Shown here piece after piece: positions 29,251-38,409 of a stretch of 64,000 nucleotides of DNA. The position numbers and the translations under genes are program-made. Within the stretch, counting starts at the first letter, position 1. Each line of letters starts with the position of its first letter. The notes beneath the pieces were generated by a model. It saw only the letters and a program-made list of their open reading frames with translations, searched no databases and was not told the DNA's origin. Location: assembly GCA_045546775.1 (NCBI GenBank), contig JAZQDM010000063.1:25864-89863 (forward strand), given 5' to 3'. This DNA is from Lachnospiraceae bacterium (GTDB lineage: Bacteria > Bacillota > Clostridia > Lachnospirales > Lachnospiraceae).

Positions 29251-30639
29251 ATGGACTTAAGGAAGGTAATATACGTGAAGCAGAAAATCATACTATGCAT
29301 GCTCTGCCTTGTGCTGTTTCTGACAGGGTGTTCCGGGACAAAAGCAAAACCGGCGCAATCCATGTCAGGAATAACAGAAGGTATGGAGAGTGAACCGATA
29401 ATAGAATACACAGTTCCGGAGAGTGTTCCCGGCATTTTAATCAATCAGGCCGGATACGGACCGGACAGCACAAAAGTGGCAATTTTCCGAGGAGAAAATT
29501 TACCGGGTGTTTTTCGTGTCTATGATGCGGAAACGGATGCTGTTGTTTTTCAAGGCAATGTGGAGCCAAGAGGAACGGATACGGTAACAAATGAGCAAAT
29601 TGGATACGGCGATTTCTCCGAATTAACCGTGGAAGGCAATTATTATATACGGGCAGAAATCGTAGGTTATTCCTATACTTTTTATATTAGCGCGACCGGT
29701 TATCGGGATTTGCTTGCCGCAAATTTGCAGCATTTGTATACGCAGATGAAAGGCAATACCGATTTAAACGAAAAAGAAATGATAAATGCCTGCGAGGCAG
29801 TCATGAATCTTTTGCTTGCCTGTGAGATGCATCCGGGCGCTTTTGATGACGATATGGGCATCAGTGAGAGCGGGAACAAAATACCGGACTCCGTAGATGT
29901 ACTCTTTTTGTATATCACACAATTGATGAATGAAAAAGAAACCGTGCTGGCATCAGACAATTGGGAAATGGTAGCCTATTACGCGGCAGCTATGGCGAAA
30001 TTTAGTTATACATACAAAGAATACGACAATGCCTTTGCTACGTCCTGTCTGCAGCTTGCGGATATGGCGTGGAAACATATGACGCAAAACAGTGAAGCGG
30101 TGGATGAGGATATGCTGTTTATGGCTTCCGCAGAACTGTATCGTGCCTCAGGCGGATATGTATATCACAATTCCATTATACTGTATGGCACCTCCCAGCC
30201 GCGGGCTTTGGATACGCGGGAAGCCCTGTACGGAGCCGTTACTTACATCGACACAAAACAGCGGGTAAATGTAGAATTGTGTGCCCAGTTTATGGAAACC
30301 ATTTCCGAGCAGGCGGAGCAAATATCCAAAAAGTCAAAGGCGTCGTACTATCAGGTAGACCTTACCGAAGAGCAAAATCAAAATGACGAGATTTTGCATG
30401 ATATGGTTGTGCTTACGATTTTGAATCACGTCATATCGAATCATGAATATGCAACGGTTATCGAAAATCATATTCATTATTTGCTGGGGCGTAATCCGAT
30501 GGCAATCAGCTATGTGGATGACATGGGCGAGCGCAGTTATGAAGAAAAAGAAGGACAAAAGTCCGTTATGGAAGGTGGCTTTTTGCAGACAGCATACTTG
30601 TTTATGTTGAGCGAAATGGCGGACGATGACATATTGTAA
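29251..30639 (+). CDS. Lipoprotein with CelD-N Ig-like domain and GH9-like alpha-barrel, possibly non-catalytic
   Basis: Lipobox LFLTG-C. INQAGYGPDSTKVAIF...FRVYDAETDAVVFQG resembles a cellulase N-terminal Ig domain. HYLLGRNPMAISYV is a GH9-like block. No GGWYDAGD-type motif seen. Confidence 0.5.
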   Translation: MDLRKVIYVKQKIILCMLCLVLFLTGCSGTKAKPAQSMSGITEGMESEPIIEYTVPESVPGILINQAGYGPDSTKVAIFRGENLPGVFRVYDAETDAVVFQGNVEPRGTDTVTNEQIGYGDFSELTVEGNYYIRAEIVGYSYTFYISATGYRDLLAANLQHLYTQMKGNTDLNEKEMINACEAVMNLLLACEMHPGAFDDDMGISESGNKIPDSVDVLFLYITQLMNEKETVLASDNWEMVAYYAAAMAKFSYTYKEYDNAFATSCLQLADMAWKHMTQNSEAVDEDMLFMASAELYRASGGYVYHNSIILYGTSQPRALDTREALYGAVTYIDTKQRVNVELCAQFMETISEQAEQISKKSKASYYQVDLTEEQNQNDEILHDMVVLTILNHVISNHEYATVIENHIHYLLGRNPMAISYVDDMGERSYEEKEGQKSVMEGGFLQTAYLFMLSEMADDDIL

Positions 30640-30677
30640 TAATAGCAGTGCATTTGGTATGCAGGATGGAGGAGAAT

Positions 30678-31703
30678 ATGAAAATTGCAGTTTTGGCAGG
30701 CGGTATCAGTACAGAAAGAGACGTTTCCCTTATTTCGGGAACCGGAGTTTATAGAGCGTTAAAAGAAAGAGGACATCAGGTTGTCCTGTTGGATGTGTTT
30801 TTAGGTTATAACGGAAATCCGGATGAAGTGTTTGACTTGGACGAAGACTGGGCAAAAGAAATCAAGGGCATTTCGGAGCAGGATCCGGATATTGAAAAAA
30901 TCAAAGCAATGCGTCCGGACGGGGACAAAGTTTTCTTTGGTCCGAACGTCATCAAGATTTGCCAGAAAGCGGATATTGCCTTTTTGGCATTGCACGGCGA
31001 AAGCGGCGAAAACGGAAAAGTACAGGCATGCTTTGACCTGATGGGCATCCGTTATACGGGAACGGACTATGTGAGCTCTGCGCTCTGTATGGACAAAGGC
31101 CTTTCCAAAGAATTGTTTGCTCTTCACGGCGTGCCCACACCGAAAGGAATCAGCTTGAAAAAAGGGCAGGAAGACAAACGCGAAGTGCCCTTCCCTTGCG
31201 TGGTAAAGGCTTGTTGCGGCGGCTCCAGCGTGGGCGTTTATATTGCCAACAACGAAGAAGAGTACGAGAAAGCAAAAGAAGATGCCTTTGTGTACGATGA
31301 GGAAGTAATCATTGAGCAGTATATCAAAGGACGTGAATTTTCGGTAGGTCTGCTGGACGGCAAGGCACTTCCGATTATTGAAATTGCGCCCATTAGCGGA
31401 TTTTATGATTACAAAAACAAATACCAGGCGGGCAGTGCGGTAGAGACTTGTCCGGCTGAAATTAGTGAGGAAAAAACAAAAGAAATGCAAATGCATGCAG
31501 AAAAAGCATATCAGGTGCTTCGCTTAAAAAGCTATGCACGCATTGATTTTATGATGGATGAGGCAGGCAAAATGTATTGTCTGGAGGCCAATACCCTTCC
31601 GGGCATGACACCTACGTCACTTCTTCCTCAGGAGGCTGCGCAGATCGGCCTTTCCTATGGAGAGTTGTGTGAAAAAATCATTGAAATTTCATTAGCAAAA
31701 TAA
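30678..31703 (+). CDS. ddl: D-alanine--D-alanine ligase
   Basis: MKIAVLAGGISTERDVSL N-terminus, ATP-grasp blocks, LEANTLPGMT. Confidence 0.93.
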   Translation: MKIAVLAGGISTERDVSLISGTGVYRALKERGHQVVLLDVFLGYNGNPDEVFDLDEDWAKEIKGISEQDPDIEKIKAMRPDGDKVFFGPNVIKICQKADIAFLALHGESGENGKVQACFDLMGIRYTGTDYVSSALCMDKGLSKELFALHGVPTPKGISLKKGQEDKREVPFPCVVKACCGGSSVGVYIANNEEEYEKAKEDAFVYDEEVIIEQYIKGREFSVGLLDGKALPIIEIAPISGFYDYKNKYQAGSAVETCPAEISEEKTKEMQMHAEKAYQVLRLKSYARIDFMMDEAGKMYCLEANTLPGMTPTSLLPQEAAQIGLSYGELCEKIIEISLAK

Positions 31704-31721
31704 AAGACGGGAGCCGGTAAA

Positions 31722-33128
31722 TTGAAAAATATGACGTTGGAAGCGCTTGCACAGTGTTGTGACGGTGTGTTACACAGTGCGGGTGCGGATTTGAATAAAT
31801 GCGCCCAGGGCGTAGTTTTGGATTCCAGAAAAGTAGAAAAAGATTACATTTTTGTTGCCACAAGAGGCGAGCGCGTAGATGGCCACGATTTTATTCCGCA
31901 AGTCATGGAAAAAGGTGCCTTTGCCGTTGTTTGTGAGCAACCGCCAAAGGAACAATCGACACCTTATATTTTGGTAAAAGATTCCTTTCAGGCATTAAAA
32001 GATATTGCCGAATATTATCGGATGCAGCTTTCCGTAAAGGTAGTCGGTATTACAGGCAGTGTGGGAAAAACAAGCACAAAAGAATTTATAGCAGGCGTTT
32101 TGGCGCAAAAATATAATGTATTGAAAACGGAAGGCAACTTTAATAACGAGGTGGGGCTTCCCCTGACCGTGCTTCGCATCCGCGATGAACATGAAATTGC
32201 CGTGCTGGAAATGGGCATCAGCGAGTTTGGTGAAATGCACCGCTTGAGCAAAGTGGCAAGACCGGATGTGTGTGTGCTGACGAACATCGGCCAGTGCCAT
32301 TTGGAGACCCTTGGAACACGCGAGGGGATTTTAAAGGCAAAAACCGAGATTTTTGATTTTGCAAAGGAAGATGCAACCGTGTTTGTAAACGGTGCAGACG
32401 ATATGCTGGAAAGAGTGAAAGAGCGCAATGGGAAGTTGCCCGTGCGCTTTGGCATGGCAGAACAAAACCAGGTGTATGCGACGGACGTTGTGAACAATGG
32501 CTTGTTTGGCAGTGAGGCGACGATTCATATTGCGGACGGCTTGTTTGGTGGTGAGGAGATGTGCTTTTCTGTTTCGGTCCCGCTTCCCGGCGAACATATG
32601 GTGTACAATGCTTTGGCGGCAGCAGGCGTTGCACATTATTTTGGTTTGAGCACTGAGCAGATTCAGGAAGGCATCAAGTCGGTGCGTCCCGTAGGCGGAA
32701 GAAGCAATATTATCCGTGCTGAAAAATATACACTTATCGATGATTGCTACAATGCAAATCCGGTGTCCATGGAAGCGGCAATCGACCTTCTTGGCACCGC
32801 CCTTACAAGAAAAGTGGCTGTGCTTGGGGATATGTTTGAGCTTGGTGAAAACTCCGATGCACTTCACGAGCGAGTTGGCAAATATGCAGTAGAGCATGAC
32901 GTAGATATGTTGCTTTGTACCGGAGAAAATTCGAAATTTATGTACGATGCAGCGATGGAAAAGAATGCGGTTTGGCAAAAGGATATACAGATTCATTATT
33001 TTGCAACGAAGGATGCGCTGGAAGAAGCACTTCCCACCTTGTTGCAGGCAAAAGATACTGTATTGATTAAGGCATCCCACGGAATGGGATTTGAAAGTGT
33101 AGTGAAAAAGCTTACGGAAGCGGAATAA
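31722..33128 (+). CDS. murF: UDP-N-acetylmuramoyl-tripeptide--D-alanyl-D-alanine ligase
   Basis: GITGSVGKTSTKE P-loop, DDCYNANP block. Follows ddl. Confidence 0.9.
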   Translation: MKNMTLEALAQCCDGVLHSAGADLNKCAQGVVLDSRKVEKDYIFVATRGERVDGHDFIPQVMEKGAFAVVCEQPPKEQSTPYILVKDSFQALKDIAEYYRMQLSVKVVGITGSVGKTSTKEFIAGVLAQKYNVLKTEGNFNNEVGLPLTVLRIRDEHEIAVLEMGISEFGEMHRLSKVARPDVCVLTNIGQCHLETLGTREGILKAKTEIFDFAKEDATVFVNGADDMLERVKERNGKLPVRFGMAEQNQVYATDVVNNGLFGSEATIHIADGLFGGEEMCFSVSVPLPGEHMVYNALAAAGVAHYFGLSTEQIQEGIKSVRPVGGRSNIIRAEKYTLIDDCYNANPVSMEAAIDLLGTALTRKVAVLGDMFELGENSDALHERVGKYAVEHDVDMLLCTGENSKFMYDAAMEKNAVWQKDIQIHYFATKDALEEALPTLLQAKDTVLIKASHGMGFESVVKKLTEAE

Positions 33129-33236
33129 TAAAATGAGGGTATAAGGGGACAAAAGGATGAAGAGAAGTACAGATACGCTCCCATATATCGAGGAACTATA
33201 TAGAGTAAAAAATCAGTGTTTAGGAGAGTGTTAAAT

Positions 33237-34721
33237 ATGAAAAATTCTTCAGAAAATAAATCTTTTGCAATTTTCATAATATTAAGTTTTTTAGTTTATA
33301 TAATGTCCAACGGAGAATGGTGTATTCCGATTTTTGCGTGGATTTATCCGATTTTGTTTTTATGTATGATTTATCTTAATCGTACTCGAAAAGTCTACCT
33401 TATAATTAGTTCAATATATGCCATTGGTTTTATTGTCCAGTTTTGGAGAGCCATTGGAATGGACATAAAGATATGTATAATAGTAGCAGTCCTGCTATCT
33501 TTTCTGAAGGTTTTACCATATATCTACTGGTCAAAATCAAAAATGAGATTTCAAGATACCATTATTTTTGCAAGTATAATGGTATCGATAGAGTATATCA
33601 TTTATCTGGTATACCCTATTTTGGGTGGATTGTCTGACGCTTATACACAATACCAAAATCTATATTTGCTACAAATTGTAACGGTAACAGGGATTTACGG
33701 AATTATTTTTTTAATATATTGGACAGCGGCAATGGTTATATGGATTTGGAACAATAAAAGCAAAAAAGAATCCATTAGAAAATACATAATTGTATATGGT
33801 TCTGTAATTGGCTTGGTATTTGTCTATGGAGTTGTTATGTTTCATTTTGCAGGAAATTCAGATAAAAGTGTTAGGATCGCTGGAGTAACTGTTCCGATTT
33901 CAGAGCTGTTAAATAATGATGAAGATGTATATTCTACATTTTATACCAATACATTTACTGATGAAAATATTACAAATGCAAGGAGTAAACTATTATCAGT
34001 AGCGGATGAACTTTTTCTAAAAACCGAGTTGGAAGCACAAGCAGGTGCAAAGATTGTTTTTTGGTCGGAACTGAATGGAGCGGTTTTAAAACAAGATGAA
34101 GATATGCTGCTACAACGAGCGTCGGATATGGCAAAACAGGAAGAAATCTATTTGATTGTTTCGTTACTGGTGAAGACCCCTTATGTGGACTTAAAGGAAA
34201 ATAAAACGGTAGCATTTAATCCACAAGGAGAACTTATATCAGAGTATTTTAAACATGGACGTTCCATCGGAGAGTTGTGCCAAAAAGGAGATGGAATACT
34301 AAGAAGTTTTGATACAGAATATGGTAGAATTGCGCCGTTTATATGTTCGGATATGGCATTTGTGTCTAAAATACAACAGGCAGGTAGAGATAACGTAGAT
34401 ATAATAATTGTTCCGGCTTCGGATTGGAAAGAAATGACATTGTTAGCTACAAAGACGGCAATTATGCGCGGGGTTGAAAATGGAAGTAATATAATCAGAC
34501 ATACAAATAACGGAATGTCGATTGTTTCAGATTTTAGAGGTAGTGTGCTGGCACAGACCGATTACTTTCAGTCTGATACAAAGACATTATCTGCACAGGT
34601 TATCACGAAGGGGCGATTTACTCTTTATTCGTATATTGGAAATCTATTTGTATATCTGTGTGTTTTATATTTGTTATGGAGTTTCATACTTCCCCAAATT
34701 AGACGTCTAATTAAGAAGTAG
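33237..34721 (+). CDS. Apolipoprotein N-acyltransferase-like protein (polytopic N-terminus plus CN-hydrolase domain)
   Basis: About 6 N-terminal TMs. CN-hydrolase triad candidates FWSE (Glu), K in LKENKTVAFNP, PFICSDMAF (Cys). C-terminal TM. Markedly AT-rich by eye. Confidence 0.6.
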   Translation: MKNSSENKSFAIFIILSFLVYIMSNGEWCIPIFAWIYPILFLCMIYLNRTRKVYLIISSIYAIGFIVQFWRAIGMDIKICIIVAVLLSFLKVLPYIYWSKSKMRFQDTIIFASIMVSIEYIIYLVYPILGGLSDAYTQYQNLYLLQIVTVTGIYGIIFLIYWTAAMVIWIWNNKSKKESIRKYIIVYGSVIGLVFVYGVVMFHFAGNSDKSVRIAGVTVPISELLNNDEDVYSTFYTNTFTDENITNARSKLLSVADELFLKTELEAQAGAKIVFWSELNGAVLKQDEDMLLQRASDMAKQEEIYLIVSLLVKTPYVDLKENKTVAFNPQGELISEYFKHGRSIGELCQKGDGILRSFDTEYGRIAPFICSDMAFVSKIQQAGRDNVDIIIVPASDWKEMTLLATKTAIMRGVENGSNIIRHTNNGMSIVSDFRGSVLAQTDYFQSDTKTLSAQVITKGRFTLYSYIGNLFVYLCVLYLLWSFILPQIRRLIKK

Positions 34722-34772
34722 TTGGGGAATCGCTTCAAAGGGTATAATGCAACAATAGGAGCCGGACAAACG

Positions 34773-34815
34773 CTGATTCTTACTTTTGAAGCATGTGCTT
34801 CAAGTGAGAATTCAG
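34773..34815. other. Long imperfect hairpin with an 18-bp perfect palindromic core
   Basis: Core TTGAAGCA-TG-TGCTTCAA (34786-34803), flanked by partly complementary ctgattcttactt / aagtgagaattcag. Confidence 0.5.
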
Positions 34816-34880
34816 GTGTTGAGCCGATAAATTATAATCTTTTACAGTGATAAATATGTATTAGAGTAAGACAAAACAAA

Positions 34881-34918
34881 AGCGAAAGAAATTCATATGA
34901 TTTTTCTTTCGCTTTTTT
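34881..34918 (+). terminator. Intrinsic terminator
   Basis: AGCGAAAGAAA-loop-TTTCTTTCGCT followed by T5. Confidence 0.75.
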
Positions 34919-35057
34919 GTGCGCGCTTTTTATAAAGCTGAAAACTGTTTGTATGCCGAACAAAGACCACATATTGCGTAAAAACAACCGCTTATGTAAA
35001 ATCAGTGGAAGGATTTTTTGATTCGGATATACTGAATATAAAGAAGGGAGGAACGTT

Positions 35058-35498
35058 ATGCAAATTGAAATTAAATTGGAACCGGAATGCAAGGAAACTA
35101 CCGTTGTCATTACGGCAGCGCAGATGACGGATGAGGTCCAAAGTATTGTGCGGAAATTGTCCGAAGAAGCGCCGAAAGTGCTTACCGGTTTCAAGGAGGA
35201 TAAGGCAAAAATTATTGAGCCGGATGAGGTGCTGCGGATTTATGCAAGCGGCGGCAAAGTATACGTTGTAACAAGCGAAGGGGAATACAGTGTGAGAAAC
35301 CGACTGTACGAAATAGAAGAAAGACTGGGTGGCGGGGATTTTGTCCGCATATCCAACTCGGAGATGATTAACCTAAAAAAAGTAAAAAATTTTGATTTGA
35401 GTTTCTCCGGAACGATTTGCGTAGTTTTGTGTGACAAAACGGTGACCTATGTGTCCCGAAGATATGTGAAAAAAATCAAACAGATATTGGGGATTTAA
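35058..35498 (+). CDS. LytTR-domain DNA-binding protein (no receiver domain)
   Basis: LRIYASGGKVYVVTSEGEYSVRNRLYEIEERLGGGDFVRISNSEMINL is a LytTR fold signature. 146 aa. Confidence 0.8.
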   Translation: MQIEIKLEPECKETTVVITAAQMTDEVQSIVRKLSEEAPKVLTGFKEDKAKIIEPDEVLRIYASGGKVYVVTSEGEYSVRNRLYEIEERLGGGDFVRISNSEMINLKKVKNFDLSFSGTICVVLCDKTVTYVSRRYVKKIKQILGI

Positions 35499-35519
35499 CG
35501 TGAAAGGTATGGTGATTTT

Positions 35520-35972
35520 ATGAAAAAAGAATTGATAAGAAGATGTGTTGTAGGGGCACTCGCAGGTGTCACTATTTGTCAAATTATAAGTATTTGGATA
35601 TCGCTTGCGATAAATGACGGAACTTATTATGCGGTAGTGCCGGAATTGCGGAAGCTATGCAGCACGGAGACAACTGCCGTTCTTGTACAAACGATATGTG
35701 CGTTTGCGTATGGGGCAGTTTGGGGCGGTGTTTCCCTCGTATGGGAATTGGAGAATTGGAGTCTTTTGAAACAGACAATCGTGCATTTTTTAATTAGTTC
35801 TATAGCGACTTTTCCAATCGCATACAGCATGTATTGGATGCAACATTCCGTTGGCGGCGTATTGTCCTTTTTTGGAATTTTTGCCGGAATTTATGTAGGA
35901 ATTTGGTTGTCAAAATATTTTTCTTTGAGAAATCATGTAGACAAGTGGAATGAAAAATTGAAAAGCATGTAA
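35520..35972 (+). CDS. DUF3021-like four-helix membrane protein (putative LytTR partner/inhibitor)
   Basis: 150 aa with 4 hydrophobic helices and WSLLKQTIVHF block. 21 nt after the LytTR gene. Confidence 0.6.
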   Translation: MKKELIRRCVVGALAGVTICQIISIWISLAINDGTYYAVVPELRKLCSTETTAVLVQTICAFAYGAVWGGVSLVWELENWSLLKQTIVHFLISSIATFPIAYSMYWMQHSVGGVLSFFGIFAGIYVGIWLSKYFSLRNHVDKWNEKLKSM

Positions 35973-36012
35973 AAATGTGCGCCTGACGGCGCACGTTTCT
36001 GCATGCTCTGAA

Positions 36013-36762
36013 TTAGTTCTTTTCACCAAAATACAACTCTTTATTTTTAAAATAAGTATCCATAATGATTTGTCGTACATAGGCGCCAACGGTTCTGCGC
36101 TGTTCTTTGTCCATTTCCTCGATGTTTACAGGTTTGCAGTATTCGATGACAACGTGCGCTTTTTTGATTTTCGGGAAGTGGTCTTCCAGCACGGCGTTGC
36201 TGTTTACAATACTCATCGGGATAACCGGACATTTGGCTTTTTCGGCAATTTTAAAACTGCCCTCGTGGAACGGCAAAAATGCATCCGGTTCTTTGCTTCG
36301 GCTTCCTTCCGGGAAAATGCAGATGGAAATGCCGGATTTTACTTTGTCGATTGCTGCCCAGATTGTCTTTAAGCCCGCTTTCATATTTTCGCGGTCAAGG
36401 AAAAGGCAGTGCAAATTTTTCATCCACTGGCTCAGCAGCGGCACTTTTTTTATTTCAATTTTGGAAACATAACCGGTCGGTCTCGGAACGCGCACATAAG
36501 TCAATATAATGTCAAAGAAGCTGCGGTGGTTTGCTACATACAAAACAGCCCGGTCCTTCGGCACGTTTTCTTCCCCGATAACGGTAACTTTTGTGCCGGA
36601 TATAAATGCCACAACACGGAATGCCCAGTTGACGATGGCAAGGGAACTGCGGTTTTTGATATCCATATTGAATTTTCCGATCAGCCATTCGATAAAGAAA
36701 ATCGGAATGGAGCAAATCAAAAATAGTACGACGAACGTGATTGCCAAAATAAAACGAATCAT
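36013..36762 (-). CDS. plsC: 1-acyl-sn-glycerol-3-phosphate acyltransferase
   Basis: HxxxxD motif NHRSFFD, FPEGSRS block, N-terminal TM. Confidence 0.85.
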   Translation of the reverse strand: MIRFILAITFVVLFLICSIPIFFIEWLIGKFNMDIKNRSSLAIVNWAFRVVAFISGTKVTVIGEENVPKDRAVLYVANHRSFFDIILTYVRVPRPTGYVSKIEIKKVPLLSQWMKNLHCLFLDRENMKAGLKTIWAAIDKVKSGISICIFPEGSRSKEPDAFLPFHEGSFKIAEKAKCPVIPMSIVNSNAVLEDHFPKIKKAHVVIEYCKPVNIEEMDKEQRRTVGAYVRQIIMDTYFKNKELYFGEKN

Positions 36763-36921
36763 AACATTTACCTTCTACTTTCCTAATCAAACTTAAGGCA
36801 GGAAATGATTTCCTGTCACCACAACATTATAGCCGACAAGCAAAAAGAACGCAATGCCATATTTTAGTTGAGAATCGCCGTATTTTAACGTATACTTAGA
36901 AAGGATAGAGAGGGAAAAAAC

Positions 36922-38394
36922 ATGCTTTTTAATTCATATATTTTTATTTTCTTGTTTTTGCCGGCTGTACTGCTTGGCTGGTGGATGTTTAATAAGTTTG
37001 AAAAATTTAGGGCTGCGCAAGCATTTCTTGTGGGTATGTCGCTTGTGTTTTACGGATATGCCAATATAAAGTGCGTGCCGGTTCTTGTGGGAAGTTGTTT
37101 GGTAAATTATGTGCTGAGCTACGTACTTTCAAAGATGAGACAACAGTCTGCAAAGAAAGCGGTGCTTGTTGCCGGCTGTGTGTTGAACATTGGTGCACTG
37201 GGGTATTTTAAATATTGCAATTTCTTTTTGGACACATTAAATACGGTGTTCCGAACAGATTTTATGATGCAACATATATGGTTGCCCCTTGGCATCAGTT
37301 TCTTTACGTTTAAGCAGTTGTCCTTTTTGGTGGACCGTTACAAAGAGAAAGCACCACATTACAGCGTGCTTGATTATGCGGCGTATGTGACCTTTTTCCC
37401 ACAGTTGATTTCCGGGCCGATTGGACTGCATGATGAGTTGATTCCGCAGTTTCAGGACAAAGGCAGACGGAAGTTTGCTACGGACAGCTTTGCGCAGGGA
37501 ATCGTATATTTTGTCATCGGTATCAGTAAAAAAGTGCTTCTTGCGGACACCCTTGCAAAGGCAGTCAATTACGGTTTTTCCAATATTGCAACGCTGGATA
37601 GTGTGGCGGCTTTTGTGGTGGCCCTGGCGTATACGTTTGAACTGTATTTTGATTTCAGCGGCTATAGTGACATGGCTGTCGGTATTGGAAAGATGCTTCG
37701 CATCGAAATACCGGACAACTTTAACGCGCCTTACAAGTCTGCGTCGGTCAAAGAATTTTGGCGTCGCTGGCACATAACGCTTGGACGGTTTTTCACTACA
37801 TACGTGTACATTCCGCTTGGCGGAAGCCGCAAAGGAAAGGTGCGTACCGTGGTTAACACGATGGTAGTCTTTTTGCTCAGCGGACTTTGGCACGGGGCAA
37901 ACTGGACGTTTGTATTCTGGGGCTTTTTGCATGGAATCGGTGTGTCGTTTTCGACTTTGTTTGGCAAAAAAAATGAGCCCAAAACGGGCAAAAAACGGGT
38001 GGCGCAGCTTATCACATTTTTGTATGTGTGCTTTGCTTTTGTATTTTTCAGAAGCGATTCCATGGCGGACGGACTGTTGTTCTTTCAGAGAATGTTTTCG
38101 TTTGAATATAACGGCTCACTGTTTGCGGTAGCGGAGGCAATGAGCGTTTCGGAAATTTATATTGTGACAAAAGTGCTTTCCATGAAGGCGCCGCAGTTGC
38201 TCGGTATCGTGAATGTAGCGATGCTTTTGTTTGTGAATGCAGTTGCAATATTTGCGCTGACAAGAAAGCGGACAAGGGACATCGTGGAAAACTGCAAGTG
38301 GAGCGGTAAATTTACGTATACCATGTCGGTGCTTTTTGTGTGGGCAGTGCTTTCGCTGTCCGGCGTCAGTACGTTTTTGTATTTCAGTTTTTAA
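36922..38394 (+). CDS. MBOAT-family membrane O-acyltransferase, copy 2
   Basis: MLFNSYIFIFLFLPAV N-terminus, FWRRWHITLGRFFTTYVYIPLGGSR block. Paralog of 19741..21180. Confidence 0.85.
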   Translation: MLFNSYIFIFLFLPAVLLGWWMFNKFEKFRAAQAFLVGMSLVFYGYANIKCVPVLVGSCLVNYVLSYVLSKMRQQSAKKAVLVAGCVLNIGALGYFKYCNFFLDTLNTVFRTDFMMQHIWLPLGISFFTFKQLSFLVDRYKEKAPHYSVLDYAAYVTFFPQLISGPIGLHDELIPQFQDKGRRKFATDSFAQGIVYFVIGISKKVLLADTLAKAVNYGFSNIATLDSVAAFVVALAYTFELYFDFSGYSDMAVGIGKMLRIEIPDNFNAPYKSASVKEFWRRWHITLGRFFTTYVYIPLGGSRKGKVRTVVNTMVVFLLSGLWHGANWTFVFWGFLHGIGVSFSTLFGKKNEPKTGKKRVAQLITFLYVCFAFVFFRSDSMADGLLFFQRMFSFEYNGSLFAVAEAMSVSEIYIVTKVLSMKAPQLLGIVNVAMLLFVNAVAIFALTRKRTRDIVENCKWSGKFTYTMSVLFVWAVLSLSGVSTFLYFSF

Positions 38395-38409
38395 GGATAG
38401 GAAAACAGG

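Noticed and set aside
34804-34830. GCCGATAA as a third SigD-type promoter
   Set aside because: The -35 position reads GTGA rather than TAAA. It points into a terminator with no gene, so it is probably a chance match.
34974-35003. Direct repeat TTGCGTAAAAAC / TTATGTAAAATC as a LytTR operator
   Set aside because: The 18-nt repeat period does not fit the usual roughly 21-nt LytTR spacing, and only 8 of 12 positions match. It is mentioned in a finding but not called as a feature.
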